From NCBI GenBank assembly GCA_963557735.1, contig CAUWEA010000005.1, positions 593-64,592 of the forward strand: a stretch of 64,000 nucleotides of DNA. The letters run 5' to 3'. Within the stretch, counting starts at the first letter, position 1, and every line of letters begins with the position of its first letter. Source of the DNA: an uncultured Faecalimonas sp. GTDB taxonomy: Bacteria; Bacillota; Clostridia; Lachnospirales; Lachnospiraceae. The position numbers and the translations under genes are program-made. Below are positions 26,435 to 36,498 of this stretch, piece by piece. Under the pieces are notes generated by a model. It saw nothing but the letters and a program-made list of their open reading frames with translations, ran no database searches and was not told where the DNA came from.

Positions 26435-27538
26435 TTATTGTAAAATTTTATCCAACACAGTAAAATGTTTCTCAGCTATTTTTATAATTTCATTCAAAGG
26501 AGGCACTTCAGATTTTTCAATCTGACAAATGACTTCATCGATATCCATGTCTTCCTGCAGCGCATCCAGGCTCACACAGCATGTGACATTCATATCATCC
26601 AGTACTTTCTCTGTTTTCTGATCATATATAATTGGAAATACTTGTTTTCCCATAAGCCAGCCAAGAATAACTGCATGAAATCTTGTTGCAATAATAATCT
26701 CAGACTCAGCAAATTTCTGTATACACTCATCCAGGTTTCCTCTGTAACTACTTTTACTGACCTTATTCCTTTCTTCTATATTCAGTTGCTCCGCAATTTC
26801 CCTGACCGCATCCTCATCTCCCTGCATAGTACAAAACCCAAGAAGTTCTATCTCATATCCATTCTGGATATATTTTTTTATCATTTTTACTAAAAAACTT
26901 TTATATTCAGATGCATGTCCATGAATTGCAAATTTTCCATCTCTGCTTTTTAAATCAATCACAGAAAACAGTACCCTTTTTTGTGTAATAAATTTTCCCT
27001 TTATTTTAAAATTAAATGCGATATCCGGCGCATAAATTACGTTTGGTAAATCAGCAAAAAGTTCTGCTGAATATTTGTCCCTAAAACTAACTGATTCATA
27101 CTTTTTTAACAGATCATGATATTTCCAATAATATGACTCATCGGTATACGGGCCGAAATTTGCACCCATCACAATTATTTTTTTACTGAGTCTCTGTAAT
27201 GTTTCATCCAACTGAAATGCCGGACTATAATCTTCCAGATGCTGTACAAACACAGATCCTCCTATGTGTACGGTCACATCCGCTGTCTTCACAAGAATTT
27301 TCCAGAAGCCCCTGTCAACATTTTTTATTCTCTTCAATAGTTTATCTATGATTACAGCAATCCGCTCTGTTGGACTGTACAATTTCAAATTTCCTATTTC
27401 TGAATAATAATGCTGATATTCTGCATCTACAAACATTCGGAATTTTACTTTTGGATACCGTTCACATAGTATTCTGATTAAAAGATCATCTCCAAGGTTT
27501 CCTGCTGCATATGCGTGTATAAATACCCTTTTTTTCAT
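26435..27538 (-). CDS. Polysaccharide pyruvyltransferase family protein
   Basis: N-terminal AYAAGNLGDD, IGGS, GANFGP, SFRDKYS, PDIAF and ATRFHAVI motifs. Confidence 0.85.
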   Translation of the reverse strand: MKKRVFIHAYAAGNLGDDLLIRILCERYPKVKFRMFVDAEYQHYYSEIGNLKLYSPTERIAVIIDKLLKRIKNVDRGFWKILVKTADVTVHIGGSVFVQHLEDYSPAFQLDETLQRLSKKIIVMGANFGPYTDESYYWKYHDLLKKYESVSFRDKYSAELFADLPNVIYAPDIAFNFKIKGKFITQKRVLFSVIDLKSRDGKFAIHGHASEYKSFLVKMIKKYIQNGYEIELLGFCTMQGDEDAVREIAEQLNIEERNKVSKSSYRGNLDECIQKFAESEIIIATRFHAVILGWLMGKQVFPIIYDQKTEKVLDDMNVTCCVSLDALQEDMDIDEVICQIEKSEVPPLNEIIKIAEKHFTVLDKILQ

Positions 27539-27555
27539 TTTTACTTTTCCCTACA

Positions 27556-28509
27556 TTAAATATCAAAAAAATTCTTCCACAGTTCCCTCTGGATCTGCCA
27601 GTAGTTTTTCAGATTTTCCTTTTGAAAAACTACTTTTTTCTCCCGGTTCTTTTTGGAAAGCTTCACTCCTTCTGCAAGTCCTCTCACATAAGTCTTCCCG
27701 AATCCTTTCAACGTGAAGAAAACTGTTTTTGCAAGAAATCCTGCCAAAAGAAACGGACTGTTCAACACGATCTGAAACAGCGGCATATTCTTATAGATCA
27801 GATACACATTATTTCTCGATGAATATTTCACTTTAAACTCATTGTGTCTGGATCCGCTCGTCCCACTTCCCACATGATAGACAACTGCCGATGGTTCATA
27901 TACATTGCGGTATCCATATATTTTTGCACGATACCCAACATCAATATCTTCCAGATAAGCAAAATGTGCTTCATCAAAATATCCAATCTCGTCAAAAAGT
28001 GCTTTGCGGTAGATTGCAGCTCCGGCACACGCTGCAAACACTGATCTGGAAGTCAGAAATCGCTCTGCCTTCTGATCCTTTCCATTTGCCGACGCCCAGC
28101 CAAGTGCGGAATACGATGTCCCTGCACTGTCGATCCGCTCTCTGTCATGATACTGCATCATCCGCGCTTCCACAGAGAAGATCTTCTCATCCTGCCGGAT
28201 CCGCTCCAGCAGATTTTGCAGGAAGTCCGGTTCCACTTCCGTATCATTGTTCAGAAGAACGACAAACGGGGCCTCTGCCCGTCTGATTCCTTCATTCACT
28301 GCACGGCAGAATCCATAATTCTGATCCAGATACAGATAAGCGTACTGCGGAAATTTTTCTGCTGCTTCTCTGGCGCTTCCATCCTGCGAACAATTATCAA
28401 CGATGATTGCCTCAAATGCAACTCCTCTCTGCTTCCCCAGCGCTTCCAGACAATGCTCCAGATACTTTATTCCATTGTAATTTGGTATAACGACCGATAC
28501 ATCGTACAT
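27556..28509 (-). CDS. GT2 glycosyltransferase (WbbL-like, probable rhamnosyltransferase)
   Basis: VVIPNYNG, IVDNCSQDGS, NYGFCRAVN, LLNNDT, YLEDID and VYHVGSGT motifs. Confidence 0.85.
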   Translation of the reverse strand: MYDVSVVIPNYNGIKYLEHCLEALGKQRGVAFEAIIVDNCSQDGSAREAAEKFPQYAYLYLDQNYGFCRAVNEGIRRAEAPFVVLLNNDTEVEPDFLQNLLERIRQDEKIFSVEARMMQYHDRERIDSAGTSYSALGWASANGKDQKAERFLTSRSVFAACAGAAIYRKALFDEIGYFDEAHFAYLEDIDVGYRAKIYGYRNVYEPSAVVYHVGSGTSGSRHNEFKVKYSSRNNVYLIYKNMPLFQIVLNSPFLLAGFLAKTVFFTLKGFGKTYVRGLAEGVKLSKKNREKKVVFQKENLKNYWQIQRELWKNFFDI

Positions 28510-28512
28510 TTT

Positions 28513-30354
28513 TTAGCTCCTCTGGTTATTTTTCAGCGAGTAGTCCCATTTGGTCAGCGACAGATTGCAATTATAATATGGATCTCCCTTTTTCAGAAGA
28601 TCGATCCAATGGCTTCTCATATACTCGATCTCCGTCTGGAATCTTCTGACTTTCTCTTTTGTATCCTCTGCACCTCTTGTCTTTGATTCATAATGATACA
28701 ACTCTGCATACGGATCATAGACAACAAGATATCCTTTTTCCCTTACACGCAGACAGAAATCCACATCGTTAAAAGCCACCTTTAGTTTCTCCTCAAGTCC
28801 TCCGACCTGCTCAAACGCCGAGCGCTTCACGAGCATACATGCCGCTGTGACCGCACTCAGATCCAGCTGGATCGACGCCTTGTGCAGATAGCCGGAAAAT
28901 GCCCTCGGAAGTCCTGTAAAAATGCTTCCCGCAACTCCGCCAATCCCGATAATGATCCCCGCATGCTGGATCGTGTTGTCCGGATAATAAAGCTTCGCTC
29001 CGACAATCCCCACTTCTTTTCTCTGACAATGTGAGAGCATCTCTTTCATCCAGTCTGCACTGATGATCTCCACATCATTATTGAGAAGCAGCAGATAGTC
29101 TCCCCTTGCATGTCTGACACCAAAATTGTTGATCGCAGAATAATTAAATTCGCCTTCCCAGGTCACGATCTTGATGTTGCCGCCGGAAATCTTCTTATAG
29201 AATGCAAATGTTTCCGGCTCCTCACTGTTATTTTCTACAATAATGATCTCATAATTCTTGTAGCTTGTCTTCTCCCGGATCGAATCGAGACACTTCTTCA
29301 ATGACTCCGTCTGATCTTTATTCGGGATAATGATCGATACAAGCGGCTCCCCGCACACTTCATATTTCACCCGGTAAAAACCGAGATCCTTTGTATGCTC
29401 AACAGTCCCTTTCGTGCTACAGCGCCGGAGATGCTCTTCGATCGCGCGCTTTCCGGCATCAAACGCATACATCTTACTCGCCGGATTGTCTGCCGTAGAC
29501 GCTTTATGCACCCGCCAGTGATATAAGATCTTCGAAATATGGACGATCTGTTTTGCCTGTTCTGTACATCGCAAGATCAGATCATAATCCTGGGCTCCGT
29601 TAAACTCCGGACGGAACCCGCCGACTCTTCCGATCAGATCACGGCTTGCCACAAAGAAATGACAGATGTAATTGTTGGAACGGAGAAGGTCTAAGTTGAA
29701 ATCTGGTTTTAAGTGTGGCTGGAAATGCTCTTTCAGATCTGTCGTCACCTTATCCTCATCGGTATAGATCACTTCTGCATCCGGACATTCACAGACAGCT
29801 TTCGCAATCTCATACAGTGCATTTGGAGCAAGAAAATCATCATGATCCAAAAGACCTATCAGTTCTCCCGATGCGATTTCCATCGCCCGGTTTGTATTCT
29901 GGGAGATTCCTTTGTTTTCCGGGATTTCCACCTCTTTGATCCGGGGATCTTTTTTATATTCCTCTATTATTTTTTTCAGTTCTTTATTATCCGGGCTCGC
30001 ATTCCCGATGCACAGTTCCCATTCCGGATACGACTGATCCTGAACCGACTCGATCATCTGCCGCAAAAATGTCTGCGGCGTATTATAGACCGGAACAACG
30101 ATACTGATCAGTGGCTTCTTTTTCCACCTCTGATTCTTTTGTTTCTCCAGTTCCTCCGGCAAAGCTCTGTGATTTTCATACCACTGTTCATAATCTACAT
30201 CATCTGCCTGAAAACGCTCTGTCAACTTTACCCAGAATTCCTTTACTCCATAATGTCTTAAATAAAGTATCCCCTTTTTAATATTATAAGGGGATACTTT
30301 TTTCAAGACTTTTGACCATTTAATTTTAAATGTCTTTGTCTCTTTTTCACTCAT
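28513..30354 (-). CDS. Dual-domain GT2 glycosyltransferase (probable rhamnan polymerase)
   Basis: Two GT-A folds (IVVPVYNT...LLDHDD...YTDEDK and IIIPNKD...LLNNDVE...FNDVDFCL) with an N-terminal amphipathic segment. Confidence 0.88.
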   Translation of the reverse strand: MSEKETKTFKIKWSKVLKKVSPYNIKKGILYLRHYGVKEFWVKLTERFQADDVDYEQWYENHRALPEELEKQKNQRWKKKPLISIVVPVYNTPQTFLRQMIESVQDQSYPEWELCIGNASPDNKELKKIIEEYKKDPRIKEVEIPENKGISQNTNRAMEIASGELIGLLDHDDFLAPNALYEIAKAVCECPDAEVIYTDEDKVTTDLKEHFQPHLKPDFNLDLLRSNNYICHFFVASRDLIGRVGGFRPEFNGAQDYDLILRCTEQAKQIVHISKILYHWRVHKASTADNPASKMYAFDAGKRAIEEHLRRCSTKGTVEHTKDLGFYRVKYEVCGEPLVSIIIPNKDQTESLKKCLDSIREKTSYKNYEIIIVENNSEEPETFAFYKKISGGNIKIVTWEGEFNYSAINNFGVRHARGDYLLLLNNDVEIISADWMKEMLSHCQRKEVGIVGAKLYYPDNTIQHAGIIIGIGGVAGSIFTGLPRAFSGYLHKASIQLDLSAVTAACMLVKRSAFEQVGGLEEKLKVAFNDVDFCLRVREKGYLVVYDPYAELYHYESKTRGAEDTKEKVRRFQTEIEYMRSHWIDLLKKGDPYYNCNLSLTKWDYSLKNNQRS

Positions 30355-30369
30355 ATTTTCTAAAACCTT

Positions 30370-30939
30370 CTACTCAGATTCATATTTTGACATATATCCC
30401 GGGTATTCCGCATGTCCTGTCTCCAGTTCCTTTCCATCTACGGTGATCCGAATCGTTTCCCCGTCAAAAGCATCTAAAAATGTATTACAAATACATCCTA
30501 CAGTCAAATATTCTCCCGATGATCCCTGCCCATTCAAATATATTGAAAACTTTTCTGAAACGTCCAGCTGCAGTGCTTTCCCGCCATCTATTGTCTGCTC
30601 TTTGCAGTCAAGCACCTCTGTATCTGCCGGCACTACTCCTTTTGTCACAAGCAGGTTCCATACACTTTCTGCCGACACTTCCTCCAGTTTCATTTCTTCC
30701 GTCTCAAATCCAGATGCATCCTCATTCACAAAATAAACCTTTATCTCTTTCTGCTGCTGATTTTCCTGCTCTGTTTTCTCATTCTCCTCCTGCTTCTGAA
30801 CATCCTGACTGTTTTCTTCCTCTTTTACTCCTTCTGTCTGAACTTCCTCTTTCTGAAGTTCCGTTTCTTTTTTCCCGCACCCGGTTACACCGAGAAGCAG
30901 TACGAGAAATACACACGCTCTTTTCCATCTGCTTTTCAT
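30370..30939 (-). CDS. Lipoprotein with a GerMN-like domain
   Basis: Start MKSRWKR at 30939, lipobox LGVTGC, E/Q-rich linker, then LDVSEKF..YL..QGSSGEYL......NTF......I.ITVDG. Confidence 0.7.
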   Translation of the reverse strand: MKSRWKRACVFLVLLLGVTGCGKKETELQKEEVQTEGVKEEENSQDVQKQEENEKTEQENQQQKEIKVYFVNEDASGFETEEMKLEEVSAESVWNLLVTKGVVPADTEVLDCKEQTIDGGKALQLDVSEKFSIYLNGQGSSGEYLTVGCICNTFLDAFDGETIRITVDGKELETGHAEYPGYMSKYESE

Positions 30940-30958
30940 GAAAATACCTTCCTTCACT

Positions 30959-31801
30959 TTAACGGATTTCGCCGAGATATCTCTCCAGTGCATTCTGCCA
31001 TGTCGGAAGCCGGTGGAATCCATTCTCTTCCAGTTTCTCTTTACTCATTCTGCTGTTCTTTGGTCTGGTTGCTTTTGCAGGGAACATTTCACTGCTAACT
31101 GGATTTACCTTTATATCCACATCTGCCTGTCTGAAGATCTCTTTTGCAAATTCATACCATGTGCAAAGCCCCTCGTTTGTCGCGTGATATCTTCCATATT
31201 TCTCAGTTTCCACCATATCCACAAGGAGCACTGCAAGGTCATAAGTATATGTCGGCGATCCTACCTGGTCATCCACCACATTCAGCTCACTGTGTGTTTC
31301 GCTTAACTTCAGCATCGTCTTAATAAAATTCTTTCCATTTACGCCGAATACCCATGCAATCCGGACGATAAAATATTTCTCCAGATATTTTTCTACTGCA
31401 AGTTCACCCTCATATTTTGTCTGTCCGTACATGTTTAAAGGATGTCTCTCATCATCTGGCTCCCACGGTCTTTCCCCTTTTCCATCAAACACATAGTCTG
31501 TACTGATATAGATCATTTTCAGATCCAGCTTTTTACATACCTTTGCGATGTTCTCAGTTCCTTCTGCATTGACTTTCCTGCAAAGTTCTTCGTTTTCTTC
31601 CGCTGCATCTACCGCCGTATAAGCTGCACAGTGGATGACTGCTTCCACACCAGCTGCTGTGATCACCTGATCCACTGAACCTGCATCTGTGATATCCATC
31701 TCTTCAATATCAACCGCAACTGCTGTATGTCCTCTTTTTTCCAGTTCCTTTACAACATCATATCCAAGCTGGCCTTTTGTGCCTGTTACTAATACTTTCA
31801 T
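30959..31801 (-). CDS. rmlD: dTDP-4-dehydrorhamnose reductase
   Basis: TGTKGQLG, HCAAYTAVD, YISTDYVFDG, YGQTK and DQVGSPTY motifs. Confidence 0.96.
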   Translation of the reverse strand: MKVLVTGTKGQLGYDVVKELEKRGHTAVAVDIEEMDITDAGSVDQVITAAGVEAVIHCAAYTAVDAAEENEELCRKVNAEGTENIAKVCKKLDLKMIYISTDYVFDGKGERPWEPDDERHPLNMYGQTKYEGELAVEKYLEKYFIVRIAWVFGVNGKNFIKTMLKLSETHSELNVVDDQVGSPTYTYDLAVLLVDMVETEKYGRYHATNEGLCTWYEFAKEIFRQADVDIKVNPVSSEMFPAKATRPKNSRMSKEKLEENGFHRLPTWQNALERYLGEIR

Positions 31802-31824
31802 CTGCGTCCTCCATTTTCATCGAT

Positions 31825-34311
31825 CTATCCTAAAGTAAATGGCGCCTGCGTAACTGGAAAATTCGGATTATAGAACGGATCTCCCTGCTCCAGTATTTCC
31901 GGCCACTTCTTCTGGAATTTCTTCACTTCATTTTCAAATCGTGCAAGTTTTTCAGGTGTATCTTCATACCCTCTGGATTTTGACTCATAATGATACCATT
32001 CGGAAAATGCATTATAAACGATCAATTTGTCTATTGCTCGAAGTTTCAGACAATAATCCACATCGTTACATGCAACTACAAATTGCTCATCAAATCCGCC
32101 TACCTGCAAAAACAGATCTTTCTTTGTCATCATGCATGCTGCCGTCACTGCACTGTAATTACAGTTGATCATCGCCCGCACCATGTATCCATAATCATCT
32201 CTTCCGATTCCCGTATTTACATGTCCGGCATAACCGCCAAATCCGACAACAACCCCTGCATGCTGCACAGTATCATCATCATAAAGAAGTTTTGCACCAA
32301 CTGCTCCCACTTCTTCTCTCATACAGCACCCTAACATTTCTTTCAACGCATCCTCTGAGATCATCTCTGTATCGTTGTTTAAAAATAACAGATATTCTCC
32401 ATTTGTGTACTGCACGCCAAAATTGTTGATGGCAGAATAATTGAAGATTCCGTCCCACACGACAACCTTTACATTCTCAAATTCGCTCTGAATGCTGTCA
32501 TAATAAGAAAATGTTTCCTTCTCTGTACTGTTATTTTCTACGACAATAATTTCAAAATTCCTATAGCTGCTGTTTTTGTAGATGGAGCGAATGCAGACAT
32601 CAAGATCTTTCGTATGGTCTTTGTTCGGGATCACGATGGAAATAAGTGGGTTTCCCGGCGTCTCATACTTGACATGGTACATTCCCCACAGCCCCTGATG
32701 CTCCACAGTCGCAGCAATGTTCATTCTTTTTAAATGATCCTCAATCGCTCTTTTTCCTGCGTCATATGCATACATCTTGCTTGCAGGATCTCCTGCCACT
32801 GAATTTTGGTGGATCCTCCAATGATAAAGGATCAACGGTATATGCTTGATTTTCTCAGAATTTTCTATACATCTGAACATCAGATCGTAATCCTGGGATC
32901 CGTCATACGCTGAACGAAATCCGCCAATCTTATTCATGATCGAATGTTTTACTACAAAAAAGTGTGTAATATAATTGTGTGACCGGAAAAGATCCATACT
33001 GAAATCCGGCTTAAAGTTCGGATCATTGTGCTCTTTTCCATCGCCGCTGATCTTGTCTTCATCCGTGTATAAAATATCATAATCATCTTCCTGCAGTGCA
33101 TTGACAACCTCATACAGCGCATTTTCTGCTAAAAGGTCATCATGGTCAAACAGCCCAATATACTCTCCCGTTGCCAGTTCGAATGCCGCATTGGTATTAT
33201 CAGCAATCCCCAGGTTCTTCTCCAACAGTCTGTATTTTATTCTGGAATCCTTTTTGGCGTAGCTTTCAAGGATCCCCTCTACAACTTTATCGCCTTCACT
33301 TCCATCTGCAATGCAGAGTTCCCAGTTGCTGTACGTCTGATTCACAACTGAATCAATCATTTCCCGCAAAAACACTTCCGGTGTCCGGTAGGTCGGCACG
33401 ATCACGCTGATCTTTGGCTCCTTCTCAAATCTTTTCTGTCTCTGTTCTTCCAGTTCTTCCCTGGATGGAAGCTGCTCTGCATACCATTCTGCATACGGTT
33501 TCTCTTTCCGGTTGACTCCTTCTACAATGTATGACCGAAGTCCTCTGATACCATTTACACGAATATATTTCAAGACTTTCTTGACTGTCCTTGGATTTGT
33601 CTTTTTAATTCCCTGCTTCACAAATCCTACTGTCGATTTGATTCGCTGTCTTTTTAACAATTTCTGTGGATCGAGATGGACATTGATCGCATTTATCCCA
33701 TCTGCCAGACGTAATCTATATATGTTCTCTTTCTTGTATGAAAATTCCAGATGAAATCCGCAGCGTGAATTTTCTTTTGAGACAAATCCGGCTTCCACAA
33801 GATCTGCACGGTTTAAGATCTGCATAACCGCCTTCTTCTCAATGTCTGCATCGTCAAATACCTGGATTTTTAATTTTGCCTCTTTTGCATTTGAAAACGC
33901 CCATCCAGCTACAACGATCTTCTCACGGTCGATATAATATTGCTCAATATTATGAGAAATGGTACTGCGGTCAATGATCGCTTCCAGCTCTTGTCGGTTA
34001 AGCTTTTTGATAAGCTTCTTTTCCTGACCTGACTTTATATAAAACCGAAAGTCATCCATATTTTTTTTCGGATCTACATAAACCTTTATATGAAATCCAC
34101 ATGTTTTATCTACCTTCGCTTTTTTGAATTTTTCTGCCACATCCGGGCGACTGACCTTTTTCAGTCGTTTTGGGACTTCTTTTCCATTGATCTCAGTGAT
34201 CAGTTCCACCGGTTGTCCAGTCTTCTCAAATGCCCATCCGTTGATTCTTATATAAGCTTCATCCGGCTTTATACGGTATTTCATTACATCAATACAACTT
34301 TTATACTGCAT
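31825..34311 (-). CDS. Large dual-domain GT2 glycosyltransferase with an N-terminal repeated domain
   Basis: Paralog of the 613-aa GT (FDHDD, YTDEDK, FLNNDT, CNDVDYCL) plus about 220 extra N-terminal aa containing two GWAF...R.D...GFH repeats. Confidence 0.88.
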   Translation of the reverse strand: MQYKSCIDVMKYRIKPDEAYIRINGWAFEKTGQPVELITEINGKEVPKRLKKVSRPDVAEKFKKAKVDKTCGFHIKVYVDPKKNMDDFRFYIKSGQEKKLIKKLNRQELEAIIDRSTISHNIEQYYIDREKIVVAGWAFSNAKEAKLKIQVFDDADIEKKAVMQILNRADLVEAGFVSKENSRCGFHLEFSYKKENIYRLRLADGINAINVHLDPQKLLKRQRIKSTVGFVKQGIKKTNPRTVKKVLKYIRVNGIRGLRSYIVEGVNRKEKPYAEWYAEQLPSREELEEQRQKRFEKEPKISVIVPTYRTPEVFLREMIDSVVNQTYSNWELCIADGSEGDKVVEGILESYAKKDSRIKYRLLEKNLGIADNTNAAFELATGEYIGLFDHDDLLAENALYEVVNALQEDDYDILYTDEDKISGDGKEHNDPNFKPDFSMDLFRSHNYITHFFVVKHSIMNKIGGFRSAYDGSQDYDLMFRCIENSEKIKHIPLILYHWRIHQNSVAGDPASKMYAYDAGKRAIEDHLKRMNIAATVEHQGLWGMYHVKYETPGNPLISIVIPNKDHTKDLDVCIRSIYKNSSYRNFEIIVVENNSTEKETFSYYDSIQSEFENVKVVVWDGIFNYSAINNFGVQYTNGEYLLFLNNDTEMISEDALKEMLGCCMREEVGAVGAKLLYDDDTVQHAGVVVGFGGYAGHVNTGIGRDDYGYMVRAMINCNYSAVTAACMMTKKDLFLQVGGFDEQFVVACNDVDYCLKLRAIDKLIVYNAFSEWYHYESKSRGYEDTPEKLARFENEVKKFQKKWPEILEQGDPFYNPNFPVTQAPFTLG

Positions 34312-34332
34312 GTTTCCTCCACTCTGTCTGTC

Positions 34333-34938
34333 CTACTTTAAAAATCTGTATAATAATTTTACAAATCCAACGACGTAAAGCTGTAAGCCGATCAGAACAA
34401 TAAAATCTTCCCAGTTAAACTCTTTTGCCTGGATTTTCATTACAAGAGCCTGCTCCTGCTCTGCCCCATTCACGGTAAGCATCTCTGCACTTTTGGCTTT
34501 CTTCGTTGTAAAAATGCTGATTCCTTCCCCCGTCTTAATCCCGTCTGCCTCTATCCTAAAACGATATCTTTCTCCTTTACTTTCTTCTATCTCCGGAAAA
34601 TAGATTTCTTTATACTCATTATCTGTCACTTCCGAAACTTTGAATACACCTTCCGTCACTACAGAATCATCTGACACTTTTGTGAGCGTATACTTCATTT
34701 CGCTGTCGTTGACCCGTCCCCATGTAGATGTTCTGATAAGAAGTGCATTCACCCCGTCATATTCCGCGGTAAATTCCTGCTCAATCTTTGATTCTCCGCT
34801 GATCTCACCGACATTCTGATATTCGGCTGCGTCTACTGTTGTATCATATACCGGCTGCTTCCACTGCCCATATGCATGAACTGCACCGACAGCTGCCATC
34901 AGAAGTATCACAATGATTGTTTTTATTGTTTTCTTCAT
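34333..34938 (-). CDS. Hypothetical membrane protein (TM, extracytoplasmic domain, TM)
   Basis: Hydrophobic helices at both ends; RBS GAGG before ATG 34938; tightly packed in the operon. Confidence 0.7.
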   Translation of the reverse strand: MKKTIKTIIVILLMAAVGAVHAYGQWKQPVYDTTVDAAEYQNVGEISGESKIEQEFTAEYDGVNALLIRTSTWGRVNDSEMKYTLTKVSDDSVVTEGVFKVSEVTDNEYKEIYFPEIEESKGERYRFRIEADGIKTGEGISIFTTKKAKSAEMLTVNGAEQEQALVMKIQAKEFNWEDFIVLIGLQLYVVGFVKLLYRFLK

Positions 34939-34962
34939 AATAATCCTCACTTCTGCCTTCGT

Positions 34963-35697
34963 TTAATACGCCTGTTCATAAAGCGCACAGACTTCTTCTG
35001 TCGGTCCGGTCATCCTGACCTTTCCTTTTTCAATCCATACTGTTTTTGTACACAGCTTCTTCACCTGTTCAATACTGTGGGATACAAATAAAATGGATGT
35101 ATCCTTCTTGATCATCTGTTGAATGCGCTTCTCACATTTCTGCTGAAACCGGAAGTCTCCAACAGAGAGCACCTCATCTACGATCAAAATATCCGGTGTA
35201 CCGATCGTCGCGATCGCAAATGCCAGCCTCGCAAGCATTCCGGAAGAAAAATTTTTGATCGGCACATCCATAAAATCTCTGAGTTCTGAAAATTCCACAA
35301 TATCCTCATAATGTTTTTCCATAGACTTTCTGTCATATCCGAGAATCGCACCATTTAAGAATACATTTTCCCGCGCAGTAAGATCATGATCAAATCCTGC
35401 TCCAAGTTCTATCAGCGGCGCCACACTTCCATAAACTTTTACACTTCCCTTATACGGCTTTAAAACACCCGCAACTGTCTTTAATAACGTGCTCTTTCCG
35501 CATCCATTCAGACCGATCAAGGCAACTGATTCCCCTTTTTCAACCGTAAGACTTACATCCTGCAGTGCCATAAATTCATCATACTCAATCTGATTTTTAA
35601 TTTTTTTAATAATATACTCTTTGATACTGTCAATCCGTTCCCGCGATAGATGAAATTTTACAGAAACATTTGAAACTTCTACCATAATCTCCGACAT
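34963..35697 (-). CDS. wzt: Polysaccharide ABC exporter ATPase without a C-terminal carbohydrate-binding module
   Basis: GLNGCGKST, FSSGMLARLAF, ILIVDEVLSVGD and FVSH motifs; ends about 30 aa after the H-loop. Start moved to ATG 35697. Confidence 0.92.
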   Translation of the reverse strand: MSEIMVEVSNVSVKFHLSRERIDSIKEYIIKKIKNQIEYDEFMALQDVSLTVEKGESVALIGLNGCGKSTLLKTVAGVLKPYKGSVKVYGSVAPLIELGAGFDHDLTARENVFLNGAILGYDRKSMEKHYEDIVEFSELRDFMDVPIKNFSSGMLARLAFAIATIGTPDILIVDEVLSVGDFRFQQKCEKRIQQMIKKDTSILFVSHSIEQVKKLCTKTVWIEKGKVRMTGPTEEVCALYEQAY

Positions 35698-35707
35698 ATT
35701 TTCTCTC

Positions 35708-36484
35708 CTAAATATTAAGAATAAATTTATCCTGATTCTTGTAAAATGCAAACAATCCAAGTAAAAATGTACAGATTGCTATCACAACACTTGTCAAAAG
35801 CTGTCCAACTGTCGGAAGTGTATTATAGAACATTAAATTTCTAAACATATTTAAAATTCCTGTCAGCGGATTTAATTCTACGAAGAATCGTATTTTTGCA
35901 GGTAAGATAGAAATCGGATAAATGACCGGTGTCAAATAAGTTAATGCTGTGATCAACACACCATATAAGTGGATAATATCCCTGAACTTTACGGCAACTG
36001 TCGCCAGAAGCAGACCGATCCCCGTCGAGAAAATGACCAGAATGATCATTGGTACAACAAGAAGCAGCACTGTAAAATTCAACTCGATATCTGAAAATAC
36101 CATCACAACGATCAGCGCACAGAAAGATGCCATCACATTGACTACACTTGATGCCACTCTTGAAAGTGTAAACAGATATTTCGGAATATATACCTTCTTG
36201 ATCAGCGGCGCGTTATTGATGATCGATGACATCGCGCTGGACGTTGACTCTGAGAAAAAATTAAACACAACCTGACCACTTAAAATATAGAGTGGGTAAT
36301 TTTCTACCTGAAATTTAAAAATATGTGAAAAAACTACTGATAACACAAGCATCATGAGCAATGGATTCAAAAGTGTCCACAACACTCCCAAAATAGACCG
36401 TCTGTACTTCGTCTTAATATCTCTTGTGACCAGCTCCATCAGAAGTGGTCGGAATTTCAAAAAATTCTGTATATATACTGACAC
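35708..36484 (-). CDS. wzm: Polysaccharide ABC exporter permease
   Basis: RDIKTKYRRS.LG..W.LLNP, KKVYIP, FRDI and YLTPVIYP motifs; GTG start at 36484 with RBS GGAGG. Confidence 0.92.
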   Translation of the reverse strand: MSVYIQNFLKFRPLLMELVTRDIKTKYRRSILGVLWTLLNPLLMMLVLSVVFSHIFKFQVENYPLYILSGQVVFNFFSESTSSAMSSIINNAPLIKKVYIPKYLFTLSRVASSVVNVMASFCALIVVMVFSDIELNFTVLLLVVPMIILVIFSTGIGLLLATVAVKFRDIIHLYGVLITALTYLTPVIYPISILPAKIRFFVELNPLTGILNMFRNLMFYNTLPTVGQLLTSVVIAICTFLLGLFAFYKNQDKFILNI

Positions 36485-36498
36485 AGTTTTTCCTCCAA

